The notes below the pieces were generated by a model that did not search any database, had not been told where the DNA came from, and worked only from the letters and a program-made list of their open reading frames with translations. A stretch of 61,669 nt of DNA, the filler included, from Sphacelaria rigidula (lineage: Eukaryota), in NCBI GenBank assembly GCA_964200075.2. It is 7 parts of 7 records of this genome, joined end to end, with 100 filler letters (N's around TTAATTAATTAA, not from the genome) between each part and the next. Parts side by side here need not be neighbours in the genome. Positions count along the whole stretch, not along the records: positions 8,827 to 17,551 come from CAXNAA020010267.1; positions 17,652 to 26,375 come from CAXNAA020010268.1; 5 more parts are not named here. The stretch is one strand, 5' to 3'. How positions within the stretch are numbered: the stretch's first letter is position 1; each line of letters starts with the position of its first letter. A program made the translations under genes and the position numbers. Positions 12,253-23,356 of this stretch are shown piece by piece.

Positions 12253-13337
12253 ATATAACCCCTTGTTCAGGGTGTACAGCGTATGTTTCTTTGTGTCCAG
12301 CTGTACTCAATGCAAGTAGTGTGGTATACGGTCCTGTGTTTTGCCCTTGCTACGCTTGCACCTACGATGGCAAGCCGCAGCAGTAAACTAGAAAATACCC
12401 ACCTGCTACACGCACACTGCAAGGACGTATCTCACCCCTTCTATCGAAGAGAGCATGCATAGAGAGAGCAGAGGAAGTGCGTACCGTGCACAGAGCGAGC
12501 ATAGCAAAGCACGATGCACCACCACCGCAGCAAGCGGTACAATTTAGTCAGACTGTTGCCCGTTTGGATCTTGATCGTCACAAGCGCATCACCTTCGTTA
12601 CTCATTGTTGGTATCTAGTAACTTACGACTGGCCACGACGGCTAAACAACCACAGCTAGGACACGTGCCCAACGCGCCCGTGCACCGACAGGAGGAGGGA
12701 ACAGACAAGCAAAACGGAGCATTTTCAGACAAGTTTCCATACAAGGGTGTGTAGACCCAACACGTGTGGCGAAAAAGCGGTGCACCCCCACCGCAAAGAG
12801 CAGCGCTGCAGCTTCGTCCAGAGAAGCGCCGTTCGAGGACCCGAGAGGGTTTGAGGGCACATAAAGCGGGAAAATACTGCCGTGCAGCTTTTCAAGGTCG
12901 TGTGCTCACCCCTCCGTCGGTATACATACACCCTTTCGGCCAAACTGTAGGGGTCGCAGCCCTTCTTATCCAATGCCCTTCCCAAAATATTCTCCCCCGA
13001 GGGTATCGCTATACTCTGCGTCGCGTTCTGCACGCCGGACTGGCGTTCATGAACTGTTGTGGATCGCGGCGTAGTGGTGGTAGGGCAGTATGATGATGGG
13101 CCCGTCCATCTGATGGTTAAATGTTCCGGAGGGCTGACTGCGGAAACTGGCGATGTGCCGCAGTCAGGGGTGAGGATGTGTGGATCCGTTCGTGACGGTT
13201 ACATAAACATGCCTCTTTGTATCCAGCTTGAATTCGATTCTTGGCAAATCGCATTTCAGCCGGCACCCTGGTTTCCAGAACTCTGGAAGGAAAAGCCGAG
13301 GCGCTTGTGCCCTGAATGAGCAATCAAAACCACAAAT

Positions 13338-13695
13338 ATGTGTTGTCGTGTGTGCTGTCGTCACATCTATTCTGGGCGTCGATCTGCACCTTTTGGTATG
13401 TGTGGGCGCACCACCCACGGTCACACAGGAGGAATGTCAACACAGGAGTTTTTTTCTTTTTTGTTTGCTTGTAGTACTCCACCTTCCTTCTGCGGTGCTT
13501 TTTTTTTTATCGTGAGAGGGGTACAGCAGTCCCTTCCCCTCGTCGACCGTCAAGTCGAACTGTGTGTACCCACGACATAGTCGCTCTCCATTGTTAGGCA
13601 TGGTGTGAGAAAAAATCCCAGATCGCTTCGAGATTTGAACCCACGACCCATCAGGAGGTTTTGAGGTTACCAACTGAGCCACCGGAGCGACCGGC
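13338..13695 (-). mobile_element. Full-length tRNA-headed SINE copy (~360 bp)
   Basis: The minus strand begins GCCGGTCGCTCCGGTGGCTCAGTTGGTAAC...GTGGGTTCAAATC (A and B boxes), followed by the shared body and CA-rich tail. Confidence 0.85.
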
Positions 13696-16600
13696 TTTAG
13701 AAGAGAAATATCATCGCCTGAAGCTGTGATCAAGATACCCTGACGTTCAGCATGCACCGTTCTCCGTTGGACTTTTCCCTCGTGTCGTGCGTCCGCAGGT
13801 TGGTTATCGAACGAACGGTGAGACGGTACGGATGCTGATTAGGATTAGTACGTGGATGGTGCGAAATATGGTCGACGCAACAGTAACAATGGATTAGTGC
13901 GCAAACAGTACGGTGTGACTCAGGAAGCCACATTTCCAGGAATGGTGGACGTAGTAATGTAGTAAGCACGAGTTTGTATGCGCATAGATTAGCAAAACTC
14001 CGTTACTTGTATGAATAACGAGAGGTGTTGTATCGCTGGTCGCATGGTAGAGACATGCAATGTTGATAACAACCCTGGATAACCCGTCTGTTTGTAACAA
14101 ATCTTCGAGTAAAAATGTCCTGACTTTTGCATACATACCACTAACATCGAACGTAGCCGCTGACATGGGAGGCGCGTTGGACTTGGCAGTAGGGCCGGCT
14201 GACTTTGGAAAGGTGAGAGGGTCTGGCTCGGACCCTGTGGGCTTTTGGTCATGATCATCCTGCGCGGTCGATCGGTACCACAAACAACACAGACGGACGG
14301 GTTCGTAGGAAACGGAATGTGAGGGTGCAGTTGCGAATGACAAAAGGTGAAGAATTATGGTGTAAATCAAGGGTAACCTATAGTTAGCTGTTCATCTACC
14401 AACTGACTGTCATGGCGTTTTACGTGTGCACCATACATAGTGGTTTGTACACAACACCTGACCCTAGTTTGTCGAGTAAACCTCGTGCAGACGCCGGTGT
14501 ATTGAACTCTATGGCAGGCAAATTCAGTACTGGGGCTGGGTCGGAAGCCGCAAACTGTGTTGAGAAACGGACATTTATTTATGCACTATGGAAACCAGAC
14601 TCGCGCCTCTCTGATACGCGTGCCACTTCGTCGCGGGCCGCAACATGCTCTATGATAATAACACCGTAAGGATACAACTCGGTGCACACCAGGCACTAGG
14701 GGGCTACTCATGATACTATTTGTACATGTACCGATCCACTGGTGCCGGTATACAACAGGGACAGGGAAGAGCACGCACGGCACCCAACACCATGGTGTCG
14801 AGAATGTATCCAACTGCGACAAGCCACGCCCCCTACTAATCCATGGTACAGTCGTGAACGCTGCCCCGCAACAAATGCTACCGGGCAGACCGAACGCGGG
14901 GGGGGGGGTCCTCCAGCGCCAGCTGGCCATATCTTGAGAAAGGCAGCTGTCACAGGCGTTTGCGGAGAGAACGAAGCTCCCCGTGTCGGATGCCGGCAGG
15001 CAGTGAAGTGTAATGTGCATTGGGTGTTCCCGCTTGGGCAGAAAAAGCGAGTTCGGGGCTCTGCACACGCTGATTGTGAGGGGTGGCGTGATGGGCTGCA
15101 GCATTTCGCGGAGTGATTTTCGGTTTTGAAGGTCAGTGCGCGCAGGGGGTGCACCGTCGCCTCGCTTAGTCGCGGCCGCAGGTCCGCCGCCCTGCTACGG
15201 GTACGTTAGCAACGCCCTAAAATCGCGTAGCAATCAACATTACCGCAGTATGCCCAAAACATCAGTCCGTGTGGCAGAAAACACAACAGTTATGGGCGCG
15301 CCTGACCTCCCACAACAGGCAAAAAAGTATGACCGACCAAAATCACGAACAGACCGACTTTTGCGGCTTATCCGGGCTAGTGGGGTGAAATGCGCCTTAA
15401 GTAATTGGAAGAGAACGGCATGAATCCAAAATCCACATCGAGAAAAAGCGGACTGCATTCTCGAATCAGAACCCCAACGTGGCTGCACTGGCATTCCAGC
15501 GTATCGCAAGCGTGGACAAAAAACAACGCAGTGGAATGTAATATGTGAGGAATACTAACGGGAATCATCGTGTATGGGAAAAATGAATGGGCCTGGAAAA
15601 CAAGAGCAAACTTGAGGCAGCAGACACCTAGACGTCGTTAGCCCTGTCTTGTGTCGTAGCCCACGTCTCGTCGTCCGAGCGATCTCTGTTGCGCACACAG
15701 CACGCGAAATACTCTACTCAGGTATTGGCGAATGACGGGTATTGCTTTGTCACACTAGGAGCATGTCGGACAACGCCGCTAACTTTGCGCAGTCGTTCCC
15801 GAGGGGTCCGCAAAACCAGGACGCTGAACCATGAGCAGCACCAAGTGCCCCTGCACCTGCCCCAGACGGACTCTCAGATACCCAACCCATATATTTGTAG
15901 TACGTGTGGGTTTTCTTTTGCACATACTGCACATTTCCACCATAAGCGGGTTTGAGAGCGCTTTTTCCATGGGGTCGCGCGGAAGGGATCCTGGCATGAA
16001 TGGGACGACCAGCACATTTTTGCCTTGCTTGATTCATCAGACGGGACATCATCCGAAAGCGATGTCGAGGGATGAGGGTCCAAGGCGTGCTCTTCCGGTT
16101 AAGGGTATGAAGATGCAATAGTTTGTGGTGTGTCCATGCTGCTTGCGTAGAACTTAGACATGACGACAATCCAACACATTGTTTGGGCGCGGATCGAAAT
16201 TGGGCCAAAATGATGTGCTCAACATGCGACAGAGCCATATATACTGATGAACTTCAACGAGAAAGTCCCTTGCACAGACGAGTGGGGTACAAACAGTCGC
16301 CGGGTGTGTGGTGTGGGTTGGGCGGATGTTGGTTGACTACCTCGTCATGTTTTAAGGAGCTTGATTCATCGGATGCCGTCGTTCCGCAGTTTTTCGCGGA
16401 TGAATGACTCGCCTTGTGCAAGTGAATTTGTTATTCCGTGGACACAGCTTTTTATTTTATGAGCATCATACTTAATCGGACTCCAAAGATGCTTGTATTT
16501 TGAGAGGGAATGGAAACAAACCGTCGTCACGTGCGTCATCCACCAGTGCCGATTACAACAGACCCGTGTCTTAGGACGGGTGGGTTCACGGAAAGACACG

Positions 16601-16786
16601 GATGGGGTTTCGGTCCCATGTGGCTTCGGCAAAAGTGTGCCCACGACTTGATGCTGTATTTTGTGCCGTCTTTATGCAGTATAGTTGACCACGTAAGTGG
16701 GAAGTGAGTCCAACTTGGTTTTAGTGTGGACACCAAAATCCGGATCTTGAGTGGGGGCTGTGCTCGTACGGTGCTCCTAGCGTGCT

Positions 16787-16949
16787 CAGAACGCGTTTTT
16801 GTCAAAATCGCCGCTTGCCGCGCCGATTTGAGGTCTGGCAATGCACACTTCGCCTAGGGAATACTTTTCAACCCCCTTGCGCGCGGGTTCTCGGTTTCCC
16901 TTCGCTGGGATTGGGGTTAGGGTCAGGGTTCGGGTTAGGGTTAGTGTTG
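16787..16949 (+). repeat. Dispersed repeat ending in a degenerate TTAGGG telomere-like tract (16913-16949)
   Basis: GGGGTTAGGGTCAGGGTTCGGGTTAGGGTTAGTG, preceded by ~120 bp alignable to 18555-18672. Confidence 0.7.
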
Positions 16950-17551
16950 AAGTTTGTTCGCTTCGCGGCTGTAAGGTCGTGAATATTTTTGTTTTCTTTC
17001 GTGCGACTCATTTAGACGGCTGTTGGAGGGTGTGGCCATTGCGGTCAGAATGCTGCTCGTCTATTTTCTTGCTGATTTTCCGTCTAGCCAGCTTGCTCTG
17101 TGACTTTCTTTTCTCCTTCAGCTTGACCATACTTGCCGCCTGGTAAGATTAGATACTAAGCTACGCTGTCGATGGTGGCCTGGTGATAGCACTGGGTGCA
17201 GAAGAACGAAAACGAACGCTACTCTTGCCACCGACACGAGCGTTGCACAAACGGGGGTGTATGTCTCGCAGACACAGCTTATGGGGGGTCGGTCGGGAGT
17301 TCAAGTTCTACACCTGTCGAATAGTTGCCACAGTCATTTGTACCACTATCAAGAGAGGCATATATGAGTGTCATCTATTCTGAGGTCGATGGACAGGGGT
17401 GTGGTTTTCGCGTGTTGTAAAAACTAGCGAGGGTTGGAGGCGCTTGTTTGCGCTAATAGCCGAAACCATTCCTCAAAGTACCGTAATTGTGCGAGTCATC
17501 GCACACCCCCTGGACCGAATTTCAAAGCTCGACAACTCCATGACGAAGACG

Positions 17552-17651
17552 NNNNNNNNNNNNNNNNNNNNNNNNNNNNNNNNNNNNNNNNNNNNTTAAT
17601 TAATTAANNNNNNNNNNNNNNNNNNNNNNNNNNNNNNNNNNNNNNNNNNNN
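17552..17651. other. Artificial contig spacer
   Basis: 44 N + TTAATTAATTAA + 44 N. Confidence 0.98.
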
Positions 17652-17662
17652 ATCTAGACGAG

Positions 17663-17748
17663 AAGCGTACTGCATAAAGTATAGGCCTATTGTAACTATT
17701 GCCGGCCGACAATAGTTGCAATAGACCTATACTTTACGCAGTACGTTT
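17663..17748. repeat. Near-perfect ~85-bp palindrome
   Basis: AAGCGTACTGCATAAAGTATAGGCCTATTGTAACTATTGCCGG|CCGACAATAGTTGCAATAGACCTATACTTTACGCAGTACGTTT. Confidence 0.9.
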
Positions 17749-18554
17749 TTTGTATATGGCAACTATTGAGCGTATTTTGTCCAAGGTGTGGAAGCATTGT
17801 CGCAGGTCGAAAAGCGGACAGCCTCCCGCACGGGAAAGAGAAGCAGCAATAGCAGTAGCATCAGCAACAGCAGCATCTTCACTGCCAGCACATGTCTACG
17901 ACTGGGCGCGGGTCTAAGTCAGCTGGTGCCGATACTGCTGCTGCTGCTCTTCCTCGTAGACGGTCCGCATGTCAATCGTGCGACAACGCCCACGCACCTT
18001 GCGAGTGATAGTCACCGTGCTGGAAAGCGCTGGTCCGTACTACCCGCCGATGGGTCCATGCCGTGTCACTCGGCGAAGTGCTGGGAGACATCGCTGTGCG
18101 CATTATTCTGTGGGAGTTGTGCACGTCTGAGTGTGTCTCCCGTGCGTGGCTACTGCTGGTGATGGGATTGAAGCCAGCGGGGCTACTGCTAGTGATGGGA
18201 AGCCAACTGCACGCCCCATGAAGAGCCGAACAGCCCACGCCTTGCGACCATGTGACGTTCCTCTTCGCATTCTCAAGCGAATATTCATGCGCTCTCTTAA
18301 AATTGAATTCCCCGAAGGATAATTTTCGTGATAGTGATTTCGGCGGAGATGAGAATCTGGCATCAACTCACAACCAATCGGGATCACCAAAAAAAAATCC
18401 CCAGCCGCCACAATCACTGTCACGATCATGTCCAGTAGACCTTAAGAAATGTTCGTGCACAATGGTTGACAGGGATGACTACTTGAATGTAGACGATTTT
18501 TTTTTTTGAGGAAAATGATGGTTTGGGGCGGGTAAGCAGTGGACCCAGCTCGTC

Positions 18555-18730
18555 CAGAACGTGTTTTGTCGAAATCGGCGCCTGCGGTGTCGATTGGAGA
18601 TCCGCCAACCCACAGCATGTCCAAGGGAATCTATGCATCCTCCTTGCCCGAGGATTTCATGCGCCTTGGGTCGGGGTTAGGGTTAGGGTTAGGGTTAGGG
18701 TTTTAGTGATAGTGTTAGTGTTAGTGTTAG
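18555..18730 (+). repeat. Second copy of the TTAGGG-carrying repeat: (TTAGGG)4 then TTAGTG variants (18673-18730)
   Basis: Upstream CAGAACGTGTTTTGTCGAAATCGGCGCCTGC aligns to CAGAACGCGTTTTTGTCAAAATCGCCGCTTGC at 16787. Confidence 0.75.
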
Positions 18731-18839
18731 TTTGTAATATTAGTATTCCTTGATATTTCCCGTCAACTACTGTGTACGAGCATTTCTTGAGGTCCCCTCA
18801 TCATGTCGCGTTCCCACATTTTTCGACTCGATAACACGG

Positions 18840-19908
18840 GCCCTTGGACCGTGTCGCGTGTAGTCCATCTGGATCACGCATATACTTTTTCAAGTGATAT
18901 TGATGCCGATTCAGCAGGTGGCCTACCCTCGCGGTCAAAGGATTAACCCTCAGACCGCGAGGGTAGTCCACCTGGACCATGCATATCCTCTTCGACTGAA
19001 AATGATGCCGATTCAACGGATGACTTGCTCTCGCCGTGTTAACCCTTGGACAGCGACCCCCTCGCTGGTCGACCGAGATGGACTATGCCATATTTGGGTT
19101 CAGGACAGCTCTTTTCTCGCTACACAAACCGCAGTGTTTCATCGTCATATGTATGCTGGGCATCTTTATAGGAAATGGTTCCGGAGAGCCCCTGACCGGT
19201 TTTGACCGTGCAGTCCATGGCGTACAGAGTCAGTATGTCTGCGATATGTCTCCGCTGGATACAACAGCCAGAAACGGTCAGTGTGTCATCGCTCTCCACT
19301 GAACAAAATTCACTGCATGCTGCTGTTGCCTCTGCTTGGCGTTCAACAACACTGCATACAGTGTGAAGCCATGCTGGCAAAACATAAAGGCATCAAACAA
19401 GTGGCACAGACCTCGAGTAGAGTACAAAACAAGTTGTTTGTACCCATGTCGTCCATGGTTGAACTGCCATGACCAAAATGAGATGTGCCAGTAGACAGCG
19501 AAGTAGTCCACCTGTAGTCCATCCGGAGGGGAACTACGAGCTCATTTTGGCGGCCACGATTGGCCAGAATGGTCATTCCGCGCCTCTCGGGCCTCGTTCC
19601 TGGCTCAGAATATTCCGCGGGAATCCTCCGAACACACATGGTTGGCTTAGTGAGCTTTTTGGCTGCTCTGCGGGCAGACCTCCCCCCCCCCCCCCCCCCC
19701 CAAACAAAAACCACCCCCTCCGGCCACCGGAAACCCCCGAATGCCTCCGGACTGTCTACCTGTGAAACTGTTCCGAGGTGACGCTCGCTGTCCAAGGGTT
19801 AGAGGTTTGACAACCACCAGCATAGGTCATACGTTGAATCAGGGATCAAATTCACTTGAAAAAATAATGCACGGACGAGATAGCCTACCCTCGCAGTCAA
19901 GGGGCTAA
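18840..19908. mobile_element. Chain of piggyBac-like non-autonomous elements separated by TTAA or TTAA-like sites
   Basis: TTAA at 18943 and 19039, TTAG at 19799, CTAA at 19905. The central element 19043-19798 has perfect 14-bp TIRs CCCTTGGACAGCGA / TCGCTGTCCAAGGG. The flanking ~100-bp units are mutually homologous. Confidence 0.6.
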
Positions 19909-20718
19909 GACAAACGGCCTTACCAGTCACGTGCCACAGCGTTGTTGCAGTGCGACATGAACCGGAACACGAAAGGCTAAGACAATCTTCAAACTAGATC
20001 AAACCGACAGAACCCGCCAGTCGGTACGACCTATACCGCAAATATTCGAATGACTGCAACCAGGCTTCGTTTCTCTATTCCAACAACAACGACTCGCCAA
20101 GCTGTAGCAGGTGGGCAGTCTTGTCTAGGGATCTTCTGCATACTTATCTGCATAGGGTGCGCTACTTGTACAAGGGCGGCAAGGCGACGCAAGGGCGGCG
20201 AAAAAAAAGCCCAACATGGATCCGAAAGGAGGAGCGTCATGAGGGCGAATCGCCTTGTCTACAGGCCGGTTCACGCTCTTGACCTAACCTTGTTTCATCA
20301 GCAAATGCTTCCTGCGGTACCCACTTAATTGTCGCATGCATGACACTATACTGACCGCCATGGACAATCGAAGAGGGTTTTGTTCCAAGAGTAAAGTGGT
20401 GGTGCTAGGGGCGAAAGAAAAGCAAACACTTACTTCGACTAATCATGGGCTCTGAAACTGTTCTGCAATTAAAATTGCGAATTCCCGACCCAACTTCCAC
20501 CTGATCTCCACATTCTTCGAATCGGAGTAACTGCTATCAACTCGGGAACCCAACACGAGAATCAAATTGGAAAACGGTTTCCGTGAGATCGAATTATACC
20601 GTCTCGTCTATCTCTCAGAAATAACTGCACTATGCATCCCACTTGCAAGGTGACGTTCCACGGTAGCTTGGCACCACATGCTCCTCGCTGCCCCGCCCAC
20701 CTCCCCGTGACACATTTT

Positions 20719-22456
20719 CAAGGGCAGGTCGAGTGGATAACACTCAATACTCAGTATTTTCGAAGAGTCGTACTTTTCGTACTCAATTTTTTAGTAGAGT
20801 ATTTGAGGCCGTACTCGACCTACACAAAATTTGAGTAGGAGTGTTGACCTTATACCCAAGTGATACTCTATACTCAAGTATGACTGAGAGTGCTTACTCC
20901 ATATTTGAGCAGAGTATCGTCCATATTTGAGCAGAGTATCGGAGGTGGTACTCGATCTACTAAAATTTTGAGTGGAGTATTTGAGGCCGTACTCGACCTA
21001 CTCAAAATTTGAGTAGAGTGCTGAGCTTATACCCAATTGATACTCTATACTCAAGTATGACTGAGAGTGCTTACTCCGTATTTGAGTCGAGTATTGGACG
21101 TGGTACTCGATCTACTAAAAATTTGAGTAGAGTATTTGAGGCCGTACTCGACCTACACAAAATTTGAGCAGAGTGTTGACCTTATACCCAATTGATACTC
21201 TATACTCAAGTATGACTGAGAGCGCTTACTCCGTATTTGAGCAGAGTATCGGTGGTGGTACTCGATCTACTGAAATTTTGAGTGGAGTATTTGAGGCGGT
21301 ACTCGACCTACACAAAAATTGAGTAGAGTGTTGAGCTTATACCCAATTGATACTCTATACTCAAGTATGACTGAGAGTGCTTACTCCGTATTTGAGTAGA
21401 GTATTGGAGGTGGTACTCGATCTACTGAAATTTTGAGTAGAGTATTTGAGGCCGTACTCGACCTACACAAAAATTGAGTAGAGTACTTGAGGTCATATTC
21501 AATCTACTCAAATTTTTAGTAGAGTATTCGAGGTTATACTCCATCTACCCAAAATTTGAGCAGAATGTTCGAGGCCATACTCAATCTACCCGAAAGTTGA
21601 GTAGAGTATCTGAGGCCGGACCAGATGTACCACAGCTGACTCTCCCATGCAGGAGTCACATGTGCGGCCGAGTGTAGTCGCTTATTTTGATAATACCTAC
21701 TCAACAATCCGTCTACTCGACTACTCAATGATGGTGAGTAGCGCTCTGTACTGAAAGTACTGTCGAAGGGGTTGAGAAGTATCAAGTATGTACAGTACTG
21801 CCGTGGGTGGGGGCAGGTGAGCTGGGGCAGGTAGGTACATTCACCTGTACGTTTTCTTGTTTTTTGATGGCCATCATTCGCTCATACTAATTGTAGCCCA
21901 TGACGTACCGCCACTCATCTAATTGATGGCTATCGTTCGTCCATGTACTCAACATCGTCTGTGAAGTGACGTCACGAAGTCGCCGACGGTCACCGACGGT
22001 CACGGTTGCTCACCATACCCGAGTGATACTGCATACTCGAGTATTACTGAGAGAGTTTACTCAACATTTGAGTAGAGTACTGGAGGTCGTACTCCATCTA
22101 CTCAAAATTCGAGTGGAATGTTGAGGCCGTAATCATTCTACTCAAAATTTGAGTAGAGTACTGGAGGTCGTGCTCATCCTACTCAAAATTTGAGTGGAGT
22201 ATTTGAGCCCGTACTCGACCTACTCAAAATTCGAGTAGAGTATTGAGGTCATCCCCAAGTGATACTCTATAATCAAGTATTAATGAGAGTGATTACTCAA
22301 TAAATGAGTAGAGTACTGGAGGTCGTACTCAATATACTCAAACTTTGAGTAGAGTATTTGAGGCCGTACTCGACCTACTCAAAACTTGAGTGGAGTAAGT
22401 ACTCGGATATTTTACTCGAGCACTCAAAAGCGCATACTCTACTCGACCTGCCCTTG
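20719..22456. mobile_element. Non-autonomous TIR DNA transposon (hAT- or P-like) with an internal palindromic tandem array
   Basis: Perfect 16-bp TIR CAAGGGCAGGTCGAGT / ACTCGACCTGCCCTTG, flanked on both sides by the 8-bp direct repeat CACATTTT (TSD). No transposase ORF. Confidence 0.88.
20790..21620. repeat. Higher-order tandem array: 155-bp period built from ~41-bp palindromic monomers; a second block at ~22020-22440
   Basis: ATTTGAGGC recurs at 20801, 20979, 21134, 21289 and 21444 (spacings 178, 155, 155, 155). The monomer TTTGAGTAGAGTATTTGAGGCCGTACTCGACCTACTCAAAA is self-complementary. Confidence 0.92.
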
Positions 22457-22496
22457 CACATTTTCTACCCCCTTCTTCCTCACATCAAATCCTCAC

Positions 22497-23303
22497 CTTC
22501 TATCTAGTCGCTGCTGCTCCGTCATATTCCGTCCACCCTGACGTGGTCGCTTCCCACCAACACGCTTGTCGCCTCCCCCTCTATCCTCTTCATCGTCACC
22601 GTCGTCAAGCCCACTCACGGACAACGATCGCGTCCCTCCGCCGCCCGCCGACGCCGTTATCCCCTTACCTCCTGCTCCTCTCCCCGCCCCCGCTGTTCGA
22701 GATCCTCCTCGACTACCACTACTGCCGGCGCCGACGCCCCTCCCACCGCCGCTGGCGCTCCCTCGTCGCCCCGACAGCACGCCACCGCCGCCAGCCGTTG
22801 CTGCAGAAGCCGCCGCTGCTGCTGTTACCCCGTCCGCGCCCGCGCCAAACGGCGGCAAGCCTACAAGCTGATTGTTATTACTAGTATGTACTTGCTGCTG
22901 CTGCTGCAGCTGTAAAATCCCGCCACCCCCCGGTTGTCCCATCACACCCCCCAGCCCGAGCCCGGTGGCGAACGCCCCAGCACCGGCTGTCCTCATACCC
23001 ATGATATCTTGGTTGGTGACTCCCCCGCCTCCCACTACCCCGCCGGCGCCGCCCCCGAAACCTCCTATTGGCCCTACGGTTGTGCCGTCCCCTACCCCAG
23101 ATTCCCCGCTATCGGCGCCGCCTGGGATGACTGCCGGGGTGGACGATTCCAAGCCTAGCAGGTCATTGCCCTCTCCTTCCATGAAGCAGTCGGCAAAAAT
23201 CTCGTCAATGTTGATGAATTTGCTGTTGTTCAACGCAGAGCCGCCGTCGCCGCCTGCGACGCCGAATATCGGGGCTGGGGGCATCGGATTCATTGCACCT
23301 TGC

Positions 23304-23334
<31 letters not shown>

Positions 23335-23356
23335 GCTGCTGCTGCTGTTGGTCCAT
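22497..23356 (-). CDS. First coding exon of a bZIP transcription factor, probably an aureochrome (bZIP-LOV blue-light receptor)
   Basis: 287-codon ORF with polyQ and a Gly-rich linker, ending RNMTEQQRLDRR at an AG|GTGAG donor. This matches the start of the aureochrome basic region (xTExQxxxRRERNREHAKRSR). The rest of the bZIP and the LOV exons were not found in the contig, so aureochrome identity is inferred. Confidence 0.7.
23300..23350 (-). repeat. (CAG/CAA)n microsatellite encoding a 17-Gln tract
   Basis: TGC/TGT trinucleotide run on the + strand inside the bZIP exon. Confidence 0.9.

Noticed and set aside
13620-13695. Functional tRNA genes at the SINE heads (also ~3258-3335 and ~25020-25092)
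   Set aside because: A/B boxes are present but there is no consistent cloverleaf or anticodon, and each head is fused to the same repeat body.
16366-16644. Tc1/mariner DDE motif (KHLWSPIK)
   Set aside because: Only a few residues resemble NPIEhLW..lK, with no other catalytic motifs or TIRs.
16913-18730. True chromosome ends at the TTAGGG tracts
   Set aside because: The tracts are short, degenerate and internal to contigs, with ordinary sequence on both sides.
20790-22440. CRISPR-like array (regular palindromic repeats)
   Set aside because: Segments between the palindromes are themselves repeated with a 155-bp period, so there are no unique spacers. No cas genes are present, the context is eukaryotic, and the array lies inside TIRs with a TSD.
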